From Chrysomallon squamiferum (Eukaryota; Animalia; Mollusca), in the NCBI GenBank assembly GCA_012295275.1, contig CM022679.1, positions 31,620,001 to 31,684,000 on the forward strand: a stretch of DNA of 64,000 bases, in the 5' to 3' direction. Shown here piece after piece: positions 1-13,100 of the stretch. Positions within the stretch are counted from its first letter, which is position 1. Each line of letters begins with the position of its first letter. Position numbers and translations under genes: made by a program. The notes beneath the pieces were generated by a model. The model was not told the origin of the DNA and made no database searches. It was given only the letters and a program-made list of their open reading frames with translations.

Positions 1-909
1 TTAGTTATCTGTTTACCTTATGACTAGGGTTAAAGTTAGTATTATGGTTAGATTTAGTTATCTGTTTACCTTATGACTAGGGTTAAAGTTAGTATTATTA
101 TATGATTTAGATTTTTAGTTATCTGTTTACCTTATGACTAGGGTTAAAGTTATTATTATGGATTTAGATTTTTATCTGTTTACCTTATGACTAGGGTTAA
201 AGTTAGTATTATGGATTTAGATTTTAGTTATCTGTTTACCTTATGACTAGGGTTAAAGTTAGTATTATATTTAGATTTAGTTATCTTTTTTTTACCTTAT
301 GACTAGGGTTAGGGTTAAAGTTAGTATTATGGTTAGATTTAGTTATCTGTTTTTACCTTATGACTAGGGTTAAAAGTTATTATTATGGATTTAGATTTAG
401 TTATCTGTTTACCTTATGACTAGGGGGTTAAAGTTGGTTATTATGGTTAGATTTAGTTATCTGTTTACCTTATGACTAGGGTTAAAGTTAGTATTATGGT
501 TAGATTTAGTTATCTGTTTACCTTATGACTAGGGTTAAAGTTAGTATTATGGTTAGATTTAGTTATCTGTTTACCTTATGACTAGGGTTAAAGTTAGTAT
601 TATGGTTAGATTTAGTTATCTGTTTACCTTATGACTAGGGTTAAAGTTAGTATTATGGTTAGATTTAGTTATCTGTTTACCTTATGACTAGGGTTAAAGT
701 TAGTATTATGGTTAGATTTAGTTATCTGTTTACCTTATGACTAGGGTTAAAGTTAGTATTATGGCTAGATTTAGTTATCTGTTTACCTTATGACTAGGGT
801 TAAAGTTAGTATTATGGTTAGATTTAGTTATCTGTTTACCTTATGACTAGCGTTAAAGTTAGTATTATGGTTAGATTTAGTTATCTGTTTACCTTATCAC
901 TAGCTTGTG
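1..909. repeat. 53-bp tandem satellite (satellite A), first contig
   Basis: Monomer ATGACTAGGGTTAAAGTTAGTATTATGGTTAGATTTAGTTATCTGTTTACCTT; TTAGTTATCT recurs at 1 and 54 (period 53); near-perfect copies at about 470-900. Confidence 0.98.
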
Positions 910-1109
910 NNNNNNNNNNNNNNNNNNNNNNNNNNNNNNNNNNNNNNNNNNNNNNNNNNNNNNNNNNNNNNNNNNNNNNNNNNNNNNNNNNNNNNNNNNN
1001 NNNNNNNNNNNNNNNNNNNNNNNNNNNNNNNNNNNNNNNNNNNNNNNNNNNNNNNNNNNNNNNNNNNNNNNNNNNNNNNNNNNNNNNNNNNNNNNNNNNN
1101 NNNNNNNNN
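910..1109. other. Assembly gap (200 N)
   Basis: Run of exactly 200 N, the same length as the other two gaps, so a fixed-size scaffolding gap of unknown true size. Confidence 0.99.
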
Positions 1110-1140
1110 TTGGTATACTTCAGTTCAGTTACGTATTGCT
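1110..1140 (+). other. Untrimmed Oxford Nanopore ligation-adapter sequence at contig start
   Basis: TTGGTATACTTCAGTTCAGTTACGTATTGCT versus the ONT adapter AATGTACTTCGTTCAGTTACGTATTGCT: the 3' 18 nt GTTCAGTTACGTATTGCT are identical. It sits exactly at a contig start and is unrelated to the satellite. Confidence 0.9.
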
Positions 1141-4100
1141 AGTTATGGTTTTTACCTTATGACTAGGGTTAAAGTTAGTATTATGGCTAGATTTAGTTAT
1201 CTGTTTACCTTATGACTAGGGTTAAAGTTAGTATTATGGTTAGATTTAGTTATCTGTTTACCTTATGACTAGGGTTAAAGTTAGTATTATGGCTAGATTT
1301 AGTTATCTGTTTACCTTTGACTAGGGTTAAAGTTAGTATTATGGCTAGATTTAGTTATCTGTTTACCTTATGACTAGGGTTAAAGTTAGTATTATGGTTA
1401 GATTTAGTTATCTGTTTACCTTATGACTAGGGTTAAAGTTAGTATTATGGTTAGATTTAGTTATCTGTTTACCTTATGACTAGGGTTAAAGTTAGTATTA
1501 TGGCTAGATTTAGTTATCTGTTTACCTTTTGACTAGGGTTAAAGTTAGTTATGGTTAGATTTAGTTATCTGTTTTTTATTTTGACTAGGGTTAAAGTTAG
1601 TTATTATGGTTAGATTTAGTTATCTGTTTTACCTTTTTTACTAGGGTTAAAGTTAGTTATTATGGTTAGATTTAGTTATCTGTTTACCTTATGACTAGGG
1701 TTAAAGTTAGTATTATGGTTAGATTTAGTTATCTGTTTACCTTATGACTAGGGTTAAAGTTAGTATTATGGCTAGATTTAGTTATCTGTTTACCTTATGA
1801 CTAGGGTTAAAGTTAGTATTATGGTTAGATTTAGTTATCTGTTTACCTTATGACTAGGGTTAAAGTTATGGTTATTTAGTTATTATGTTTATGGTTACTA
1901 GATTTAAAGTTAGTTATGGCTGATTTAGTTTTATTTTTTATGACTAGGTTAAAAGTTTAGTATTATGGTTAGATTTAGTTATCTGTTTACCTTATTTACT
2001 AGGGTTAAAGTTAGTATTATGGTTAGATTTATTTATTTATTTTTTTTTTATTACTAGGGTTAAAGTTAGTATTATGGTTAGATTTAGTTATTTGTTTACC
2101 TTTTGACTAGGGTTAAAGTTAGTATTATGGTTAGATTTAGTTATCTGTTTACCTTATGACTAGGGTTAAAGTTAGTATTATGGTTAGATTTAGTTATCTG
2201 TTTACCTTATGACTAGGGTTAAAGTTAGTATTATGGTTAGATTTAGTTATTTTATTTTTTTTTAGGGTTAAAGTTAGTATTATTATGGTTAGATTTAGTT
2301 ATCTGTTTTACCTATGACTAGGGTTAAAGTTTATTATGGTTAGATTTAGTTATCTGTTTACCTTATGACTTAGGGTTAAAGTTAGTTATTATGGTTAGAT
2401 TTAGTTTGTTTATTTTATTATTATTACTTAGGGTTAAAGTTTAAAGTTATTTATTTATGGTAGGGTTAGGGTTAAAGTTAGTTATTTTTTTAGTTATTTA
2501 TTTTTACTATTACTAGGGTTTTAAAGTTAGTATTATGGTTTTACCTTATGATTTAGTTATCTGTTTACCTTATTAGTTATACTTTACCTTATGTTAAAAA
2601 AGTTAGTATTATTTAGATTTAGTTATCTGTTTACCTTATGACTAGGGTTAAAGTTAGTATTATGGTTAGATTTAGTTATCTGTTTACCTTATGACTAGGG
2701 TTAAAGTTAGTATTATGGTTAGATTTAGTTATCTGTTTACCTTTTGACTAGGGTTAAAGTTAGTATTATGGTTAGATTTAGTTATCTGTTTACCTTATGA
2801 CTAGGGTTAAAGTTAGTATTATGGTTAGATTTAGTTATCTGTTTACCTTATGACTAGGTTAAAGTTAGTATTATGGTTAGATTTATTTATTTGTTTACCT
2901 TATGACTAGGGTTAAAGTTTTATGGTTATTTATTATCTGTTTTTTACCTTATGACTAGGGTTAAAGTATTATTATGGTTATGGTTTAGTTATTTATTTTA
3001 TCTTATTTACTAGGGTTAAAGTTAGTATTATGGTTAGATTTAGTTATTTGTTTTTTTTACTTTTAAACTTAGGGTTAAATATATTATGGTTTATCTGTTT
3101 ACCTTATGACTAGGGTTAAAGTTAGTATTATGGTTAGATTTAGTTATCTGTTTACCTTATGACTAGGGTTAAAGTTAGTATTATGGTTAGATTTAGTTAT
3201 CTGTTTACCTTATTACTAGGGTTAAAGTTAGTATTATGGTTAGATTTAGTTATCTGTTTACCTTATGACTAGGGTTAAAGTTAGTATTATGGTTAGATTT
3301 AGTTATCTGTTTACCTTATGACTAGGGTTAAAGTTAGTATTATGGTTAGATTTAGTTATCTGTTTACCTTTTATAGGGTTAAAGTTAGTTTATGGTATAG
3401 GTTATTTAGTTTATGTTTTTTCTTATGACTAGTTTAAAGTTATTTATGGTTAGGTTAGTTTTTTTGTTTACCTTATTATAGGTTAAAAGTTAGTATTATG
3501 GTTTAGTTAGATTTAGTTATTTGTTTTACTTTATGGTTAGGGTTAAATCTTTTACCTTTATTAGGGTTAGATTTAGTTATTTTTTTATCTTACCTTTATT
3601 ACTAGGGTTAGGTTTAAGTATATATTATGGTTAGATTTAGTTATCTGTTTACCTTATGACTAGGTTAAAGTTAAAGTATTATGGTTAGATTTAGTTATCT
3701 TTTTTACCTTATGACTAGGGTTAAAGTTAGTATTATGGTTATGGTTAGTTATCTTTTTATTACCTTATGACTAGGTTAAAGTTATGGTTAGGGTTTAGTT
3801 ATTTTTTTTATATTTTTTACTAGGGTTTAAGTTAGTATTATTATAGTATTTAGTTATTATTATTTATTTTATTTATTATTATTAAAAGTAGTTTAAAATT
3901 ATGATTTAGATTTAGTTATGGTTATTATTTTTTTATTACTTATGTTAAAGTTAGTTTTATGGTTAGATTTAGTTATTTTTTTTTACCTTATTTATTAGGG
4001 TTTAAGTTAGTATTATGGTTAGATTTAGTTTATTTTTTTAGTTATCTTTTACTAGGGTTAAAGTTAAAGTTATTATTATGGTTAGATTTAGTTATCTGTT

Positions 4101-7100
4101 TTTTAGTTTTTTGTTAGGGTTAAAGTTAGTATTATTAAAGTTAGATTTATAGATTTATTTAGTTATTTACCCTTATGACTAGGGTTAAAGTTAGTATTAT
4201 GGTTAGATTTAGTTATCTTTTTTTACCTTATGACTAGGGTTAAAGTTAGTATTATGGTTAGATTTAGTTATTTGTTTATTTTATGACTAGGGTTAAAGTT
4301 AAAGTATTATGGTTATGGTTAGTTATTTTATTTATTTTTTATTACTATGGGTTAAAGTTAGTATTATGGTTAGATTTAGTTATCTGTTTACCTTTGATTA
4401 GGGTTAAAGTTAAAGTTATTATTATTTAGATTTAGTTATCTGTTTTTTTTTTTAGGGTTAAAGTTAGTTTATGGTTTAGATTTAGTTATATTTTATTTTT
4501 TACTAGGGTTAAAGTTAGTTTTATGGTTAGATTTTAGTTATTTGTTTACCTTATGACTTAGGGTTAAAGTTAGTATTATGGTTAGATTTAGTTATCTGTT
4601 TACCTTGACTAGGGTTAAAGTTAGTATTATGGTTAGATTTAGTTATCTATTATAGGGTTAAAGTTAGTATTATGGTTAGATTTAGTTATCTGTTTACCTT
4701 ATTACTAGGGTTAAAGTTAGTATTATGGTTAGATTTTATAGATTTAGTTATCTGTTTACCTTATGAGGGTTAAAAGTTAAAAGTTATGGTTAGATTTAGT
4801 TATCTGTTTACCTTTTACTTAGGGTTAAAAGTTAGTATTATGGTTAGATTTAGTTATCTGTTTTTATGACTAGGGTTAAAGTTAGTTATTATGGTTAGAT
4901 TTAGTTATCTTTTTATAGGGTTAAAGTTTATGGTTAGATTTATTATCTGTTTAACTAGGGTTAAAGTTAGTTATTATGGTTAGATTTAGTTATCTGTTTA
5001 TCTTTTTTACTAGGGTTAAAAAGTTAGTATTATGGTTAGATTTAGTTATCTGTTTTATACCTTTTTTACTAGGGTTAAAGTTAGTATTATGGTTAGATTT
5101 AGTTATTTGTTTACCTTTTACCTTCTAGGGTTAAAGTTAGTATTATTATATTATATTTAGTTATTTAGTTTATTTATTTTTTACTTATAGTTTAAAGTTA
5201 GTTTTATTATTAGATTTTAGTTATTTATTTTTATTTTTATTTATTATCTGTTTAAAGTTAGTAGGGTTAAATTAGATTTTAGTTATTTAGTTATTACCTT
5301 ATGACTAGGGTTAAAGTTAGTATTATGGGTTAGATTTAGTTATCTGTTTACCTTATGACTAGGGTTTTTAGTATTATTAAAGATTTAGTTAAAGTTAGTT
5401 TTATAGTTATTTTTAGTTTTTATCTATTTAGTTATGTTTAAAGTTTATTATGGTTAGGGTTAAAGTTAGTATTATGGTTAGATTTAGTTATTTGTTTTTA
5501 GTTATCTGTTTATTACTAGGGTTAAAAGTTAGTATTATGGTTAGATTTAGTTATTTGTTTTTACCTTTGACTAGGGTTAAAAGTTAGTATTATGGTTAGA
5601 TTTAGTTATCTTTTTACCTTATTTACTAGGGTTAAAAGTTAAAGTTATTATTAGATTTAGTTATCTGTTTTACCTTTTATTTATGGTTAAAGTTAGTATT
5701 ATTATGGTTAGATTTAGTTATCTGTTTTTACCTTATGACTACCTTATTAAAGTTAGTATTATATTATGGTATTTAGTTTTTGTTTATCTTTTACTAGGGT
5801 TAAAGTTTAGTATTATGGTTAGATTTAGTTATTTAGTTATTTGTTTACCTTATGACTAGGGTTAAAGTTAGTATTATGGTTAGATTTAGTTATCTGTTTA
5901 CCTTATGACTAGGGTTAAAGTTAGTATTATGGTTAGATTTAGTTATCTGTTTACCTTATTTACTAGGGTTAAAGTTAGTATTATGGTTAGATTTAGTTAT
6001 TTTTTACCTTATTATATTAGGGTTAAAGTTAGTATTATTATGTTAGATTTAGTTATTAGTTACCTTTTACTAGGGTTAAAGTTAGTATTATGGTTATTAG
6101 TTTATTTTAGTTTACCTTTTTTAGGGTTAAAGTTAGTATTATAGTTATATTTAGTTATATGTTTATCTTTTACTTAGGGTTAAAGTTAGTTAATTATGGT
6201 TAGGGTTAGTTATTTATTTTTTTTACCTTATTTACTAGGGTTTTAAAGTTAGTATTATGGTTAGATTTAGTTATTATAGTTATCTTTTTACTAGGGTTAA
6301 AGTTAAAGTTATTAATATATGTTATTTTAGTTTAGTTGTTTTACCTTATTTGTTTACCTTTAAAGTTAAAGTTATTATTATAGATTTTTATTTATTTAGT
6401 TTTACCTTTTACCTTATGACTAGGGTTAAAGTTAGTATTATGGTTATTTAGTTATCTGTTTACCTTATGACTAGGGTTAAAGTTAAAGTATTATGGTTAG
6501 ATTTAGTTTTCTGTTTACCTTTATTTACTAAAGTTAAAGTTAGTTTTTATTTATTTTTATTTTTTAGGGTTTAAAGTTAGTATTATGGTTAGATTTAGTT
6601 ATTAGTTTTTTAGTTATTTACTAGGGTTAAAGTTAGTATTATTATGTTAGATTTAGTTATCTGTTTTACCTTATGACTAGGGTTAAAGTTAGTATTATGG
6701 TTAGATTTAGTTATCTGTTTTACCTTATTACTAGGGTTAAAGTTAGTATTATTATTTAGATTTAGTTATTTGTTTACCTTATTATGACTAGGGTTAAAGT
6801 TAGTATTATGGTTAGATTTAGTTATCTAGTTTTACCTTTATTAGGGTTAGGGTTAAAAAGTTAGTTTTATTAAAAGTAGATTTAGTTATCTATTTTTAGT
6901 TTATGGCTATATTTATTAAAGTTAGTTATTATAAAGTTATTTAGTTATTTAGATTTAGTTATTTTATTTTTACCTTATTAAAGTTAAAGTTAGTATATGG
7001 TTAGATTTAGTTATCTGTTTTTTACTTATTTGACAGGGTTAAAGTTAGTATTATGGTTAGATTTTTATTATCTTTTACCTTTTGACTAGGGTTAAAGTTA

Positions 7101-10100
7101 GTATTATGGTTTAGATTTAGTTTTATCTATTTATTATTACTTATTTAAAGTTAGTTATTTAGTTTAGGGTTATTTATTAGTTATTTTAAAGTTTTTTTTA
7201 GTTATTTGTTTAGGGTTATTTAGTTAGTATTATGGTTTAAATTTAGTTATAGATTTAGTTTATTTAGTTTTTTATTTTAGGGACTAAAGTTAAAAGTTTA
7301 TATATAGATTTAGTTATCTTTTTTATTTTTTATTTAGGGTTAAAGTTAAATTATTATGGTTAGATTTAGTTATTTATTTAGTTATTTTACTTAGGGTTTA
7401 AAGTTAAAGTAGTATTATTAGATTTAGTTATTATGTTTTATTTTTTACTGTTTTTTAAAGTTAGTATTATATAAAGGGGTTAGTTATTTATGTTTAGATT
7501 TATTACTTTTTTTATTTTAAGTTACTAGGTTAAAGTTTAGTATTATGGGTTAGATTTTTAGTTATCTGTTTACCTTATGACTAGGGTTAAAGTTAAAGTA
7601 TTATGGTTAGATTTAGTTATCTTAGTTTACCTTTGACTTATTTAAAAGTTAAAGTTATTATTATTAGATTTAGTTTTTATGTTTTACCTTATTACTAGGG
7701 TTTAAAGTTAGTATTATGGTTAGTTTAGTTATCTATTTATTTTTACTAGTTAGTTAAAGTTAGTTATTATGGTTAGATTTAGTTATTATTTTTTTTTATG
7801 ATTTAGGGTTAAAGTTAGTATTATGGTTTATTGTTTATTTTTTTTTAGGGTTAAAAGTTAGTATTATGGTTAGATTTAGTTATCTTAGTTATTTTGACTA
7901 GGTTAAAAGTTAGTTATTATTAGTTTTAGTTAGTTTTATTTTATTTATTTACCTATGGGTTAAAGGTTTTAAATTATATTATTATTATAGTTATTGTTTT
8001 TATTTTTATTACTAGGGTTAAAAGTTAAAGTTATTATAGGTTAGTTAGTATTATTTTAGATTTTTTTTTCTGTTTACCTTATGACTAGGGTTAAGTTAGT
8101 ATTATGGTTAGATTTAGTTATCTGTTTACCTTTGACTACTAGGGTTAAAGTTAGTATTATGGTTAGATTTAGTTATCTGTTTTACCTTATTTAGGGTTAA
8201 AGTTAGTTATCTGTTATGGTTATTATTTAGTTATTATTATGTTTTTTTATTTATATGTTTACCTTATGACTAGGGTTAAAGTTAGTATTATTATTATGGT
8301 TAGTTTTATTTATTTATTACCTTATTACTTAGGGTTAAAGTTAGTATTTTATTATTATTTAGATTTAGTTATTTTATTTATCTGTTTATGACTATTAGGG
8401 TTTAAAAGTTAGTATTATGGTTAGATTTAGTTATATCTTTACCTTTTTATGACTAGGGTTAAAGTTAGTATTATGGTTAGATTTAGTTATTTTTTACTTT
8501 TACCTTATGATTAGGGTTAAAGTTAGTATTAGTTGGGCTAGATTTATTTATTTTTTTTACCTTATGACTAGGGTTTAAGTTAGTATTATGGTTAGATTTA
8601 GTTTATTTGTTTACCTTTTTACTTATGTTAAAAAAGTTAGTATATATATGGTTAGATTTAGTTATCTGTTTACCTTATGACTAGGGTTAAAGTTAGTATT
8701 ATGGTTAGATTTAGTTATTGTTTTTTTATGATAGGGTTAAAGTTAGTATTATGGTTATTATTAGTTAGGGTTAGTTTATTTATTTTTAGTTATCTATTTA
8801 CTTACTGTTAAAGTTTAGTATTATGGTTAGATTTAGTTATTTGTTTACCTTATGACTAGGGTTAAAGTTAGTTATTATGGTTAGATTTAGTTATCTGTTT
8901 ATTTTATGACTTAAAGTTAGTTATTATGGTTAGATTTAGTTATTTTGTTTTAGATTTATTTTAGGGTTAAAGTTAGTTATTATGGTTAGATTTAGTTATC
9001 TGTTTTTACCTTATGACTAGGGTTAAAGTTAGTATTATTTAGATTTAGATTTAGTTATTTTTTTACCTTACTAGGGTTAAAGTTAGTATTATGGTTAGAT
9101 TTAGTTATATTTAGTTTCTTACCTTACTTAGGGACTAAAAGTTAGTATTATGGTTATGGTTAGTTATCTTTTTGTTTATGACTAGGGACTAAAGTTAAAG
9201 TTAGTATTATGGGTTAGATTTAGTTATCTGTTTACCTTATGACTAGGGTTAAAGTTAAAGTTATGGTTAGATTTAGTTATTTGTTTACCTTTATACTAGG
9301 GTTAAAGTTAAAGTTATTATTATTTAGATTTAGTTATTAGTTATTTATTTACTTTAAAGTTAGTTTTATGGTTAGATTTAGTTATTGTTTTATTTATATT
9401 AGGGTTTTAGTTATTTATTTATTATTTTACCTTTTTAGTTTAAAGTTTTAGTATTATGGTTATTATATCTTTATTACCTTTTTTATAGATTAGTTTAAAT
9501 TATATATATTTTATTTATTTGTTATATTTTTTTTAGGGTTAAAGTTAAATTATGGTTAGATTTAGTTATTTTTTATTATTATTACTAGGGTTTAAAGTTA
9601 GTTATTATTTATGTTAGATTTAGTTATTTAGATTTTAGTTTTATTATTTATGGTTAAAGTTAGTATTATGGTTAGATTTTAGTTATATTTTTTTATTTAT
9701 CTTTTACCTAGTTTTAAAGTTAGTAAAGTTAAAGTTATGATTTAGATTTTAGTTATCTGTTTACCTTATGACTAGGGTTAAAGTTAGTATTATGGTTAGA
9801 TTTAGTTATCTGTTTACCTTATGACTAGGGTTAAAGTTAGTATTATGGTTAGATTTAGTTATCTGTTTACCTTATGACTAGGGTTAAAGTTAGTATTATG
9901 GTTAGATTTAGTTTCTGTTTACCTTATGACTAGGGTTAAAGTTAGTATTATGGTTAGATTTAGTTATCTATTTATCTTATTTACTTAGGGTTAAAGTTAA
10001 GTATTATATGTTAGATTTAGTTATCTGTTTTTATTTATCTTTTTAGGGTTAAAGTTAGTAAAGTATTATGGTTAGATTTAGTTATCTTTTTACCTTATTA

Positions 10101-13100
10101 CTAGGGTTAAAGTTAGTTTATAGTTAGTTTAGTTATTGTTTATTTTTTTACTAGGGTTAAAGTTAGTATTATTATGGTTAAATTTAGTTATTATTTTTTA
10201 GTTTTATTATTACCTTATTTAGGTTAAAAGTTTAGTTATTATGGGTTAAAGTTAGTATTTTGGTTATTTATTTATCTTTTACCTTTTACTTTATGACTAA
10301 AGTTAAAGTTAGTAAGGTTAGATTTTATTATCTGTTTTTACTTATGACTAGGGTAGATTTAGTATTATTATGTTTAGTTATTGTTTATTATACTAGTTTA
10401 AAGTTAGTTAGTATTAGTTAGATTTAGTTATCTGTTTTTTACCTTATGACTAGGGTTAAAGTTAGTATTATGGTTAGATTTATTTATTTATTTAGGGTTA
10501 AAGTTAGTATTATTAAAATTTAGTTAATTTATATTATTATTTAGGGTTAAAGTTTAGTTATATTTTTTTATTTTTTATTTTACTTACCTTATTTAGGGTT
10601 AAAGTTAGTTATATTTAGATTTAGTTATTTTTTATTTATTTATTACTAGGGTTAAAAGTTAGTATTATGGTTAGATTTAGTTATTTATTTACCTTTATTT
10701 TTACTAGGGTTTAAAAAGTTAGTATTATGGTTAGATTTAGTTTTATTTGTTTTTACCTTATTACTAGGGTTAAAAGTTAGTTATTATTTACCTATTATAG
10801 GGTAGTTTAGTATGTTTATATTTAGTTTGTTTTATTTACCCTTGAAAGGGGTTAAAGTATTATTATGGTTAGATTTAGTTATCTGTTTACCTTATGACTA
10901 GGGTTAAAGTTAGTATTATGGTTAGATTTAGTTATCTGTTTACCTTATTATTTAGGGTTAAAGTTAGTATTATATAGATTTAGTTATTTATTTTATTTTT
11001 TTACTAGGGTTAAAAAGTTAGTTTATTATGGTTAGATTTAGTTTTATTTTTACCTTATTACTTAGGGTTAAAAGTTAGTATTATGGTTAGATTTAGTTAT
11101 CTGTTTTTCTTTTTTACTAGGGTTAAAGTTAGTATTATTATTTTTAGATTTAGTTTAGTTGTTTTTTTATTTTACTAGGGTTTAAAGTTAGTTTATGGTT
11201 AGATTTAGTTATCTGTTTACCTTTTGACTAGGGTTAAAGGGTTAGTTATTATGGTTAGATTTAGTTATCTGTTTACCTTTATGACTAGGGTTTAAAAAGT
11301 AGTATTATGGTTATAGTTTAGTTATATCTTTATATGTTTACTTAGGGTTAAAAGTTAGTATTATGGTTAGATTTTATTATATCTTTTACCTTTTTACCTT
11401 ACTAAAAGTTAAAGTTAGTATTATGGTGGATTTAGATTTAGTTATCTGTTTACCTTATGACTAGGGTTAAAGTTAGTATTATGGTTAGATTTAGTTTATT
11501 ATGTTTTTACCTTATGACTAGGGTTAAAGTTAGTATTATTATGGTTAGATTTAGTTATCTGTTTACCTTTTTAGGGTTAAAGTTAGTATTATGGTTATTT
11601 TATTTATCTATTTATCTTTATGGGTTAAAGTTAGTATGGTTAGATTTTTATTATCTATTTTACCTTATTACTAGGGTTAAAGTTAGTATTATGGTTAGAT
11701 TTAGTTATCTGTTTACCTTATTACTAGGGTTAAAGTTAGTATTATGGTTAGATTTAGTTATCTGTTTACCTTATTACTAGGGTTAAAGTTAGTATTATGG
11801 TTAGATTTAGTTATCTGTTTACCTTATGACTAGGGTTAAAGTTAGTATTATGGTTAGATTTAGTTATTTGTTTACCTTATGACTAGGGTTAAAGTTAGTA
11901 TTATGGTTAGATTTAGTTATCTGTTTTTTCTTTTTTTACTTAGGGTAGGGGTGTTAAAGTTAGTATTATGGTTAGATTTAGTTATCTGTTTACCTTATGA
12001 CTAGGGTTAAAGTTAGTATTATGGTTAGATTTAGTTATCTGTTTACCTTATGACTAGGGTTAAAGTTAGTATTATGGTTAGATTTAGTTATCTGTTTACC
12101 TTATGACTAGGGTTAAAGTTAGTATTATGGTTAGATTTAGTTATCTGTTTTATTTTGACTAGGGTTAAAGTTAGTATTATTATGGTTAGATTATCTTTAG
12201 TTACCTTTTGACTAGGACTTAAAGTTTAAAGTTATTATTATGGTTAGATTTAGTTATCTGTTTTTACCTTTATGACTAGGGTTAAAGTTAGTTATTATGG
12301 TTAGATTTAGTTATCTTTTTTACTTATGACTAGGGTTAAAGTTAGTATTATGGTTAGATTTTATTTAGTTATTTTGACTAGGGTTAAAAGTTAGTATTAT
12401 GGTTAGATTTAGTTATTTTTATCTTAACCTTATGACTAGGGTTAAAGTTAGTTTATGGTTAGATTTAGTTATTTTTATAGTTATTTTATTATCTGTTTAA
12501 AGTTAGTAGGGTTAATTAGTATTATGGTTAGATTTAGTTATCTGTTTACCTTATGACTAGGGTTAAAGTTAGTATTATGGTTAGATTTATTTATCTTTTA
12601 TCTTTATCTGTAGGGTTAAAATGTTAGTATTATGGTTATTTAAAGTTAGTTTTTATTTAGTTATCTGTTTACCTTATGACTAGGGTTAAAGTTAGTATTA
12701 TGGTTAGATTTAGTTATCTGTTTACCTTATGACTAGGGTTAAAGTTAGTATTATGGTTAGATTTAGTTATTTGTTTACCTTATGACTAGGGTTAAAGTTA
12801 GTATTATTAGTAGATTTAGTTATTTGTTTTACCTTTTACTTTATGTTAAAAGTTAAAGTTTATTATGTTAGATTTAGTTATTATTTTTTTATTTTTATTA
12901 CTTTTACTTAGGGTTAAAGTTAGTATTATGGTTAGATTTAGTTTATTTGTTTTAGTTACCTTTTTTACTTATGGTTAAAAGTTAGTTATTATGGTTAGAT
13001 TTAGTTTTAGTTTTTTTTTTTGACTAGGGTTAAAGTTTAAAGTATTATGGTTAGATTTAGTTATTTATCTTATCTTTTACCTTATGACTAGGGTTAAAGT

